This document shows, piece after piece, positions 52,385 through 64,000 of a stretch of 64,000 nt of DNA. The DNA comes from Blasia pusilla (Eukaryota): the NCBI GenBank assembly GCA_050084515.1, contig CM114271.1, positions 29,946,001-30,010,000 of the forward strand. The letters run 5' to 3'. The notes beneath the pieces are model-generated. The model was not told the origin of the DNA. It made no database searches and saw only the letters and a program-made list of their open reading frames with translations. The position numbers and the translations under genes are program-made. Numbering within the stretch: position 1 is the stretch's first letter; the number at the start of each line of letters is the position of its first letter.

Positions 52385-55300
52385 TGGTGGAACAAATTTT
52401 TTTCCACCAACTTTGACGCATGCATCATGATTCAATGAGAGTTATCTTGCAGTATCATCCCACTCCATGCCTAGATTCTCTTGCATATGTATCATTGGAT
52501 GCAACACTGCCGCTAAACTATGCTTATATATCCTCCACATAGCTTGACCACTTGTACACCCTCGTATGGGTACGACACACAATATGTTGGTGCAATATAG
52601 AAGGGTGCAAAGTTGCTATCCCCGCCACATCTCTACTGCCACTCCTCTCACCAACTGCCATTGGCTTATGTATTTTTTTGCACTCCAATACAATGACTCT
52701 CTTGAGCCTACCATTGGCGCCCAATCTACACGTGTTGTCATGCCAACCAACACAACATGTAGAACTTAGTCCTCAATGATCTAAATGTCATCCACTTGTG
52801 GCTTGTCTTCCCACAGATTACCAAAATAATTCACCACTTAAACATATGCTACAAAGATCACCTCCATGCCCACTTGTATAGAGTCAATGAGCCGTAGATG
52901 AAAATGACTAGTATGACCATCGCCTCAATGCCGATCTAGCCTATGTGAGTCCAACTCCTCCTAATATTCTAATGTGAACCCTATAGAATAAAAAATGACA
53001 CCACCAATCAACACATCATAAGAATTGGGGTGAGTCACTACCATTGAAGATCTCACCATAGAACTATAATAAGGTATCCTAGTTACACAATAACCATCAA
53101 CACCTACCACCTCATGAATTTGAGTGCACTAGAACCAATAAGGGCCTTTAGGATCCAAAATAGAACCTCTAGACCATGGAACCCTACAATTCCAAACTTA
53201 CAACTAGCGCCCATCCCAACATCAAGGGTACCTGGCACAAGCAAAGTCATTGACCATGCAGGAAACTCCTTCATTTGAGTAGTTGCTACTTGCCAAAAGT
53301 CGTGAAAATCCACCAACATTGAAGGCTCTATACCCATCTTCCCAAAAAGAGACACCATCATTCCCCAATACCTCAATAAGCGTGGCCATAAACCGAAACA
53401 TCTCAAAAACCCTTCACCAACATCACCATATTTGTGGCCAAAAATAAATATTCTTGGCACACCCCCAAAAACATATTGGAGTGAGGCTCCTCTCAAGATT
53501 TTGCACTCTCCACCGACACTCTCGCCAGACCACTTGATTAACTTTATCCCTCGCTATAAACCGGGGTCATAAAGTAACTAGGACTAGTTGATGCATTCCT
53601 CATCAACTCATAAAACATGAAAGAAATACCAATTGCATCTATCACCTAGCCTTCCCTAGTTGTGGGTTTGACTCTAGTCACTCCACATGCACACGGTGCG
53701 GCTAAGATACCCTATCTACACCATGGGTCACAACAACTTTCATGTCCACTTGCACATCACCTCCCATGAAACCCAAAAAAAAAACCCCATTGTCAAAATC
53801 CAACAATGAAGTGACACTATTTGCAATCCCAACACCAACCACTCAATGCGGGTTCGACACAACAACCACTTGCTTCTCCACTTGTTTGTATCATGGAACA
53901 CAAATGTCCGTTCATCATGCAACCTCCATAACCTATAGAAGGAAATGATCTCTTTCCACTACCAAATCCGAGTCCAATGCTGCCCTACACCGTATACTCT
54001 ACCACCATCAGGCTCACTAAAATGCATTGATGCTCCATTGAACCTCATCTCCGGGTGTAGGCCAAAAACATCCCACAATAAGATGACCATGACGCTAACA
54101 ATGGTCACAGGGTGTGAATATCCCGCTCACCTTATTTTACAGCTAATATTCACAAACTTGGTGTGCATCACCACAAGTCCAACAACTCAATCCTACCTCA
54201 AATTTGTCTTGCAAAAGACAAGGAAAACCTCACTCCTAGAAGCACAAATGGACCACCCTAGCCCTGTGGTGCCCCCCATATGACCATGGAACTCAAGTAT
54301 ATACCTAAGATTATTCTTGATGATGATTTTGTGTAGGGCATAATTTTAACATACATCCACATGAGATTCAATTAGCCTTATCTGATAACTTAAAAGTTGG
54401 AACTCAATATTTTAGGATGATTAAATGGAACATACTTTCTATTCCATAGAATTCGCTACTAAATTTGTCTCTAAAAAAAAATCTATAGCCGCGGTACGTG
54501 GAATAAACATTTTGCTTCTCCTTTGTTTTGGTCATGGTCTAAACGAATCCAAAATTTTCCAATTAATTGTAGTCGCAACCCAAAAATTATCAATAAATTG
54601 TAGTTGCACAAATTTGGGCATACGTTAGACAACCCTTCTTGTAGACATGGAATGGTTGTACTATGTATATAATCATATTTTAGTTCATTTTAAAGGATAC
54701 TACGACATAGAAGTATTCCACATCTGCAAGGTTTAGGATAGGAAAATGAGTAATGAGTATAAGGTTTTCACACTAGAGATGGTTAAAAAATTCATCAAAA
54801 AGAATTTCTTCGTATTAAACCGATGAAGAGGTAAGTGAATTAAAGTGATAAGCGGTCAATTCATCTAATTTTACATTGAATAATAGTAATGAGAGAAGAC
54901 GCAAAACTTTATTCTCTTTATCTTTTGATTTGCAATTTGGTAAGAAGATATTTTTGGCAGTAAGGACTCTTGAAATCAATAGCAACTACATCTTAGTGGT
55001 GGTTTAACAACTTCATCAGCCGATGAAGTTAATCTCAAAAATATTCAATTCATGATTAAAACATGAGTGGATTAAACTTTGGAGCAAGGCTTCCAAGTTT
55101 GCGTAGGCCTCCAATCTAAGTTCTTATGGTGAAGAGCTTTTGGTAGTAGTGACTTTGAGAAAACTAGGATGGATCATATCTAGGTACTAGTTCATACGAT
55201 TGATGGTCTACCACTCAATTACATGCACACTGATTGTTTGAAAGAGAATATGATTCAATTTCTTAAGTTCATTTACAAGAGGCAAAGTTCTTGAATGGTT

Positions 55301-58300
55301 CCTTCTATACCATACCAATTGTCTTTCCTCATAATTATTCTCTTTTTAGTGCATCCAAATTCTTACTTAATTTAGTGAATACTGATATTTTCCTTCTTCG
55401 GTGTATTTAGGTTTCCACTTCATAAAACCTTTGATTCAATCTTTGTATGTTGGCTTCGAGGATAAATATCAAAAAAATTTGGAAGTTTTTGGCCATTTGC
55501 TTTTATATTTGTACTTTTTGGCCTTCTGATTCGATATCTGAATTTTGGATGCGATGAAAAATGCAATTGTCCTAGTGAGAAGAATATCTCAATCACTATG
55601 GAATAAAAAAAAGAGTATATAAATTGTTGACTACAACACCAAAACATTGTGCTTGATTTCAAAACAAAAATTGTAATGACAGGATCTCGGCCTCATAAAA
55701 CCTAGGTGGGAAGTGAGAAAGGAAGTGGGTGTGCACCTTTTTGAAGTTAGCAAAGCTTAACATCCATATTTGGCGAGTGCACAATTCGAATATGCACACA
55801 TCTCCAAGTGTTTTTGCGGTTGGGTATTCATTGGGCAATCATCGGGTGATGTAGGATGGATTAGGAAAAACTAGTCGGTGTCGGTGCCATTTCAAAATCG
55901 AAAGGGAGAATTAGGGGGAGAAGATCATCCTAAAAGGATATTGGCCCAAAAAGACAAGTGTCATCAGGAGGAGGCCCAAGCACTCTCCAATATAACATAG
56001 ATTTGACATAAACTCGTATTTCTGAAAAGCTTGCAAATATTATTAGAGACAAGTCGAGAGTCTTGATTCATAGGAAGATGCCAACAAGTCACGTCCAGCT
56101 GCTTTTTGTTGTCCCATCCCCTTATAAGATATGTAAACCCCACACGAGTTTGCATGGTTTCTGCTCGAGGGAAAGATGGTCTTCACATGGACAAGTATTC
56201 TGGATGTATTAGGGACAAACAAGAAGTCAAATAATTCACCACGATGCTCACCATTCACCGCGAGCTACTTTTGGGTCTTCTCACAAGAATTGTAAGGTCT
56301 AATCAGGCTCGAAACACATGGAGGAAGCCTAGTAGTGCATGAGCGAGATAAGGTAGCCATAAAGTTGAAGATGTCCACCGGACATGAAAATACCATGGTG
56401 GTGGGTGAATTACAACATTACACAAAAAGACATCGCCTCCTTTTTCGAGTTGTTTATTCTCATGTCAGAAATAAGTTGAGATTTTCCCATTTGAAGGCTG
56501 GAAAAAGAAAAGAAAAACCTTCATTTACTTGCACGTGAAGGTTTCTTAGAAAGGAGTCATCTCGAGTCCATTTCTGACGGTTATTGACAAGGGAAGGACC
56601 AAAACCTATTCCTTTGAAGTCCCGACAGCTCCAATCCCCAAGTCAAAGTGGAGAACCAAGCGAACCAAAACTCAGGTCTTTGAGACCTTCATCGGTCCAA
56701 CATAAATGAAAGCCAAACCAACCTCTTGATGGGCTCCATTTGTCCGATCCTAAACTCGAAGAGCGTAGCGTGACCAAAACTCGGGGAGTTCATAATTTCG
56801 ATCCTAAATGTGAAGATAACTGAGAGAAGAGAACCAAAAATGAATTCCTTGGGAAAAAATAATTCGTACCCTCCAACGGAATATAATCGATGCCAACTCC
56901 AAGACCAAAATTTATACCCATATATGTATGAGACGTGTTAGGTCCAAATGTTGATACTTGAGAAGAGAATTCTCTTATATTGAGAGAGAGAGAACCGAAT
57001 ATTTCCATATGTGAAGTTTTTATACGCAGAGAGAACTGAATATCTCCATATGTATATATGAGTAGTGGTAGCATATTTTGTACTCTTAAATGAGGTGTTA
57101 GACAAGAAATGGAAAAAAAATTTCTCTGGACACTATTCATGTTTGGGTTTTTCAATCCCTGACCCAAATTCATTTTGGAATAACTCGTTTATTTTCTCCA
57201 CTCCTCAAGAGCATGAGACTAGATCACATCTGGAGGTCGAATATCCTTATGGGCATTTAGTTTGTTTGAGTCCCTCCTCAATTATCACTCACTTCTAACC
57301 TGATTCACACTAACCCTCACACTCACGCGAGGGAAAATCGACCGGACAGAAGACGACGATTAGAAAATCGAAATTGTAATTGTGAAGGAGTCCTCCGTAA
57401 CTCATATACTACAATTGGGCTCGGCTGGTGATATGGAGCATATGCAACGTCATCATTGTGATTGAGCTTTCCAAGAGATCTTCAAAAAATCTTAGTGACC
57501 CCATTTATAAGTTATTCTGATTCTACGCTTATTCACGCTTGCGTCTACAACTTTGGGTGCTCGTTCATTCTCTCTCTCATGTGAGATTGTCCTATCCTTA
57601 GATGTTTGGAGGAAAACTCATACCCGAGTCACAAAGCGAGAGTCTCACATCAAAGCGGCTGTCTCCAATCGGAACCTCCCACGCGGTCACTCACTTTTAG
57701 ATATTATCCAGTTTGCCACTTAACGTGGTTCGCTTGCCAACGACATTGCCTAAAATTGCACGATTTGGACGATTCCCTGCTCCCTACTTAGTCTTAGCCT
57801 ACTACAAAAAGCTCCCTTTCAACCAAAAACTTTTATAAAGTAGTAAGAGTAAAAAGGCTCAGCAAGTTGGAAACAACTGTTCCTAAAAATTATTAAGGCT
57901 TTGTTCAGTAACCCGCAAAGGTGCCGCTTTTGGACGGGATGAACTACAACCGCTGTTTCTGGTTGGTGGGGGGGGGGGGGGGGAGGTAGCTTGTCCATTC
58001 GGATGCGCATTTCTTGAAGCGCAAACCGATGTGGGTAATTATCCTCAACGGTCAGGTGCTGGTTGAGGGATTTCATCCGACGGTGACAGCTCGATTCCAT
58101 CCATAAATGACGAAGTCGACAAAACGTCTCCTCAACCGTGTCATGGCCAGAAGAGAAATCATGGAGAAGACCCACCAAAGCAAAGCCGTCTATGGACTTA
58201 TGAGGATTTTGGAATAATGTTCATGGACTTCATATTAGTAGCGATGTCTACGTCCATCTGGTCGAAACCTTTCCTACTCATGAAGAAGGTCCGTCCGTGC

Positions 58301-60887
58301 AAGCAAACCAGCATGGCATGTCCAAATAAAAAGTTAATCTTGGGATTTCAACGGCCGACATTCTTCCCCTAATAAGAGTTTACATCATGCTTTTTTAATG
58401 CTTATAATTTATATGAGGTGAAAGAAGATAACTTCCTCTTTCCACTCGTCATAGTCTGCCATGATCTAGTCCCTTATCAGAGCGGGAGCGAATACATGCA
58501 TGAAACCCCATCAAACATGATGTCTCTAAAAAATTCTTCAAAATAGGCATCCATCCAAGAAGATTAGAATCCGGATAGACAAGTGACGATTAAGGAAAGA
58601 AAGTTGAGAGAATGGTCCTAGCCGCATGCATAATGGAATCCTTGCATGCTATGAGAGAAGATTATAGTAGAAAGAAGCCCTCATCTATCTAAGACACATG
58701 ATATAGTAGGAGGGGTCTATCTTTACCAACGAATCTAGAGTAACGATGGGATGCTCCTTTGGCCCAACAATGATATCTAAAGAGGCTTTACTACAACCAT
58801 TCACACAAACTTCAGATTTTTTTTTGGAGATATCAGGCCATATAAGTATCCTTGGAGGGCTAAAGGGTGTAATCCGAATGTTGTATATGTGTCTAAATTT
58901 CCAATTAGAGTTGAATTTCCATAAACCATGAACGTTGAAAATCTTGATAAGTGTGATTATTTTTTCGACGACTTCTTCGACTAGAAAGTATCGTCCAATT
59001 GTCCAACTTTGACTCAAAGTAGTCACAAAATAAGTAGCCTCCATAATCTAGTAAATGGTTGCAAAAATTTCCCAACCTTTTCTTAGAATAATTTGGATGC
59101 TTACAACGGTCGATTTTAAGTGTCATCCATTGCATACGCCCATGGCAAGAAGAATATGTGTTCATATTTGTTCATCTGCAAACTTGATATGGTTATATAC
59201 TCACTTGCCTTAATTTTATTGCATTACCCCTTTGAATAATCTGATTATCCTCGATGTACACTAGTAAGAGCACATGCGCTTGCACTTGCATAAGAATGTA
59301 CCTTCTATGTTTTTCATTTTCAACACCATTAAATAAAATCCTATGTCCATGCAAATATTCTTATAGTTGGGTCACATCTCTCGGAGGTTCTCATGTCTCT
59401 AAACTCTATTTTATGTTGGCTAGTGTTGAAGATCCAATGTTAGTAGAAATAATCTTCCATGTATAAAGAATCCACTCTAATCTTTACATCTGTGACCCTA
59501 CTATTTTTCAAGGGACTTTCTTTTTCAAGAAGGCATCCACTTCTTAGGGAGTAGAAATACCCGATTAACCCCCCCCCTTCTCCTCGTTTTATAATGTAGA
59601 TGCATCTAAAATGTCTTCATTCTTTTGCCAAGATTTCAATTTAGTCACCCCCTTTAAAATTGTGTTACTGTGAATATGGGGAATAATTTCATGCACATTC
59701 TTGGTCTCCCATGGCACACACAAAGCTTTTAAATTGCGCATTTTCCACGGCTGGAGAGGACAAGGAGTTCAAATTTCTTTTCCCCCTTCAAATATGATCA
59801 GATTTTTTAAATGAAAATTTGTAATTATTCCACAACACCCTTGGAATCGGAATGTGTTCTGTTCTCACGCAACCGATGTTACAATTGACTTAAAAATATC
59901 ATTTTAAAGTATTTTAAATAATTTATAAGAAATTTTTGAAACAGATGCCTTGTTGAGAGGGGATGGGAAAAAGGGCCCCATAATAACTTTTCAGAAAAGT
60001 AAGGTTCGGTCGAAAGGAGGATGGGCGAACTCATCCGAAAAATGAAAGAAAAGGTGACTCGGGGGATGCCGAGGCCTCATGGGAAGGAAGTATGATGGAA
60101 ATGAGCTCCAGCGAGGTTTTGGTCCCTGGGACAGCCCGACCCTCGCGAGTAGGAACAGGACAAGAAACTCGTCCATTCACTTGAATTAGAATTAGGACTT
60201 CTGTATTCGGAAGGATCACGAGTTCCGTGTGCCCCAGCCGAACCGCTGGAGCCTCATCACTGGCAGACGCCTGGCAGAGTGCGGACCCGGACCCGCAACC
60301 AGAGGGCAGAGAGGATGGAGAATGGAATACCACATTCCGGGGGTCTTCGTGCGCGTCTCGCTCTCAGTCGTCGGTCAGAGTTGATCCGCACGAATCACTT
60401 GGATTTCGACCGTGACTGCCAGCAGAAGACTGGACTCTGGAGCCGACATCATGTGTGAAACGCTCGTACGTCGTCGTGGCGATTGTTAATATCACATTAA
60501 AAAATTACATAACTAAATCCAAGGTCTTATGGGTTTTGGAAATTGACGCATATATCCAAATGTCCATTATGAACTTATCCAATTTCTGATAATTTAGTGA
60601 GATCCTCCCATTTCTTTTCACTGGATTTCTTTCAGTTAGATTGTGAAAATCCATAAGCCTGGAGAGGGAAAGTCTTTGGGATTAGAAATTGAATAATCCG
60701 AATTTTGGAGATAAATAAATATAAAGAAAAAAATAAATATTTCCATATCCGCAAGAAGAATCCCACAACAGAAAATTGGGAAAAGAGAAACTGAGGTAAA
60801 GTGGAAAGTTGGCATTCCTAAGAAATTCTTTAAAATAAGGTGCATCTTTGGTATAGTAAGGAACCCATCGACCCACTCCCTCGTATA

Positions 60888-61008
60888 CTATGATAGAGGA
60901 ATTCTTGGCAACTCAATATGCACCATATAATCAAGCTACATTTTATGCTATGATGGTGGAATTCTTGGCTTTTCAATATGAACCAAATGATCAAGCTCCA
61001 TTGTATGC
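60888..61008. repeat. Tandem duplication, 2 x about 60 bp
   Basis: CTATGAT.G.GGAATTCTTGGC...TCAAGCT.CATT.TATG occurs twice. Confidence 0.85.
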
Positions 61009-61838
61009 CTTTATAGCTTGTGGATGTAACAACACATACCCCGAATATTGATGTGCAATCAAATTCCACTTGAAAAATCCTCCTTCTTGTTGAAACTCAT
61101 TGCTCTCCAAATTCCCCCTACTACACATGAGAAAAAATTTGTGAGATAGACTCTCAAAAATAGTTGCAACTAGGTCACATGCAACTTGCAAAGCACACCG
61201 GAAGAGTATGTCCCGTAGGATATATTAGGGGACATACAATTGTGTCCTAGGGTATTTTTTAAGAGGAATATTTCTTTAATTTTTTTTAATTTTTTTTTCA
61301 AAATCTGTTTTCTAAACTAACTCTTTTGTTAGAAACTATGTGTAGGGTGGTAAGAGAAAAGTGGACGAGAGGGAAAAACATTTCATGGAAAAAACCTCGT
61401 AATTTCCTCATGTGGGGACAGAGAGAAATCACAAAGGATTACTAAATCTTGAGAGTGAGAAAAAATCTTAATGCAGAGAAAATCCTTATGACATAGATGA
61501 AAATTCTAACATGGATGGAAACTATCTTGCACATGAAGGAAAATATTGGAGTGGAGAGGAAGGTGTTAGATAAGGAATAAGAATTAAATAAATCTAATCC
61601 ATGAAATACACATTAAGGAAGGAAAACATTAAATGCAGATGAGAGTATAAATATAAAATATGTCCCAATTTCAATCCAAAAGCAATCTGAATTTCGATCC
61701 GATAACAAGCATTATATAAGTTGTGCACTTTGCATCAAGTAAGTTGGCTTGGAAATATGACCATGTCTCATCATGAGAAGTAAAAGTAAAACTTGTGCAC
61801 TACTAGTAGGGCTTATTAATATAATTGTAAGTGATGAG

Positions 61839-62408
61839 TAGGGTTGCACATGGACAAAGTCGCGTGGGTTTGACCACCCACATCCTTGCTCCCGATCCCT
61901 AACCACTACCACCCCTCACGTTCTCTTGGCCCACATCCCTCCCGTGACCTTGGCCTGCACCCTGTCCACATGGGAGGAGCATAGGTTGTGGGCGGGGCAG
62001 CCCACACTATGCTTGGACCCTACTCGTGCTAGGGCCATTTTTTTGTTGGGAACGCACGTGGGCAGGATGCAAGCTTTGCAAGCCCGCATCATGTTTGCAC
62101 CTCACCCTCTTGCGTCTTGCCGATACCCTGCTTGCACATAGAAATGGACTTGTCCATGGACATACCATCCCACACAAGTACCTCGCTTGTATAGGCCAAT
62201 CATGGGCGAGGGTTGCGGGCCAGGTGGGTGGGTGGAGCCCAATGCAAGAATGGTCACAGATGATGCAGTATGCGGCCCTTGTTCTTGCATCATGCCCCGC
62301 CCAATGCATATCCCTACCATGACCCCTGCCCTCTTCCGGCTTGCGCAGGCAGACGCTGATCAGACCCAAATAGGTGCACGATGACATGCCCGTTGCTATG
62401 CAACCTTG
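61839..62408. mobile_element. 570-bp non-autonomous hAT-like element
   Basis: TIRs TAGGGTTGCACA / TATGCAACCTTG; flanking 8-mers GTGATGAG / GTTATGAA (6/8). Confidence 0.75.
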
Positions 62409-62684
62409 GTTATGAATCTACTTTGAATCAAGATAAAAAAAATTCTCACACGAAAATCACAACTTGAACTTTTTTTTCACTCTTAGAAAATTAATTGAAA
62501 AAAAATTCATATTTGCAATTAACTCACAAATTTCTTTCAGTGTTCTTTGGGGAATAGGGGAAAGGATCAATATTGGAAAGGAACATTTCCATGAAATTTG
62601 TAGAAACCATGAACTTTTCTTCATGGTAGGGATGTAAAATTCCACACGTTTGTGGTTAGTGAGGTTTATGCTTATAATCTCAAC

Positions 62685-62757
62685 CAAGGTTGTATGTGGA
62701 CAAATTCCGTGTTCATGGACATGTTCATGACCGTCCTATGGAAGGACTTATCCGTAT
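62685..62757. mobile_element. Partial hAT-like MITE end
   Basis: CAAGGTTGTATGTGGACAAATTCCG resembles the family TIR and subterminal sequence. Confidence 0.5.
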
Positions 62758-63651
62758 GAGCCCTACTTTTCCCTTTTTTCTCATTCCCCTTACTTGCCTT
62801 CGTGTTCCATACTCCCAATTTCTTCCTCCCTCCACCTCCACTCCCTCCTCCCTCAATGTCAAGGAATTGGCTAGAAGAATTTCCATAGATCAAGTAAATA
62901 AGATAGCATATTTTGATGCTATTAGTGACGATTGCAGATGGTAATTGTATAAAGTCCTATCCCAAATGAGGATGCAATGGAACACGACCCTCTTCCACTT
63001 CCCATAACCAATCGACTATGATATCATTGAGCGGAAATTAATCTCTCCACGTCCATTAACGACCCACCAACACTTGCCATCTGCATAATACACCACGAAA
63101 CTATTATATAAATATGGTGATTGCAAAACAAAATTTTCAGAATTCCTTTAATTTTAAAATAATTTGATTAAATTTGAGAGAAATTTTTAATTAAGAAATT
63201 GTAAATTTGTATTGGGTCGGGAATAGGGTTGGTGACCTATCCAAGTGGAAAATTAAATGGGGAATTTTTTAAAAATCAAGGGGAAGAAGAGAAATAGTGG
63301 AGGGAGGTATTCTTCTTTAAGAAAATAAAATCCCAGGTTTGGTTAGGGAAAGGGTCGGAATCTTACCCGAACCTATCCCCAACCTCTGCCAACCCTACCC
63401 TACTCCGTGCAGGGCGATTGCCGCCGCCACCGCCCTAGGGTGGTCGATCGGCTCAATAGCCATTCGATTAAAATGGCCAAATCTATCTGGCCGTTCGTTC
63501 CCCTGCCAGCCCCCTCACTCGCCCTCTCACTCGCCCTTCCACTCCCCCTCTACCTCTGCCCTTCCATTCTTCCTTGTTCCTCTGCTGGTCTACGGGATTT
63601 CAGTCCACGCGCTGCTCCTCTCACCCCGTCTTGGTCCGCCCACATGCCCAA

Positions 63652-63740
63652 ACTACAACTGGGAGGCTTCTTGAGATCCCAAGATGCAACCGGGATCCTT
63701 CTTGAGATCCCAAAATGCAACTGGGAGTTGCTTTCTTAGA
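63652..63740. repeat. Short tandem repeat of about 31-32 bp (2-3 units)
   Basis: TTCTTGAGATCCCAA.ATGCAAC.GGGA repeated. Confidence 0.8.
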
Positions 63741-64000
63741 ACGCCGACTGCAATTTGGACTTCATTTTTAATGCAGAAAGCAGAATTGTAAGAGTCGAGC
63801 TAGATGGTGCCTAGTACATAAAACTTAATGGTAAGAGTAGAGTTGGATCTTACATAGAATATTCCATGTACTAATAATGATCCGATGCGGATATGAGCCA
63901 ACGTCCGGGGAGAACCGGCGTTACGTGTTGAGCTGGCCGGTAGAATTTGAGAATTGCCGAATCAGGTCGTCAGTTACCGGCCAAAAACCGAGGGTTCAGG

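Noticed and set aside
52420-54300. Possible decayed LINE (also a WRPIS motif near 49110)
   Set aside because: Only faint motif hints, in inconsistent order; cannot be supported without a profile search.
57806-57992. miR159/319-like sequence (AAGCTCCCTTTCAACCAAA) with a possible distant pairing arm
   Set aside because: Needs indels to match the miRNA, and the partner arm is mostly a G homopolymer; no convincing hairpin.
60031-60333. 100-aa ORF as a host gene
   Set aside because: Non-ATG start in the sequence, no domain similarity and no supporting exon structure.

Overview
Repeat-dense, largely gene-free eukaryotic DNA, most likely a plant nuclear genome (plant-type Gypsy, Copia and hAT-like elements, CCCTAAA repeats, CG/CHG decay; the host cannot be named from the sequence). 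The dominant feature is a Ty3/Gypsy retrotransposon family whose polyprotein carries a C5 cytosine DNA methyltransferase (motifs I, II, IV, VI, VIII, IX, X in linear DNMT3-like order) between protease and RT, plus a PHD finger at the integrase C-terminus. A young, near-complete copy lies at 1064-10205 (- strand). Older or deleted relatives lie at about 10206-18020, 23987-32918, 33330-33721 and 49206-52384. The family also shows an apparent Tf1-like self-priming site instead of a tRNA PBS, no PPT at the 3' LTR boundary, and a recurrent GACA-NN-TGTC junction at which some copies end without a 3' LTR. Also present: an unrelated Gypsy RT/RNase H fragment, a decayed Copia, a hAT-like MITE family with 8-bp TSDs, a group II intron maturase domain X remnant and several short repeats. 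No intact host protein-coding gene could be supported. All alignments were done by eye.
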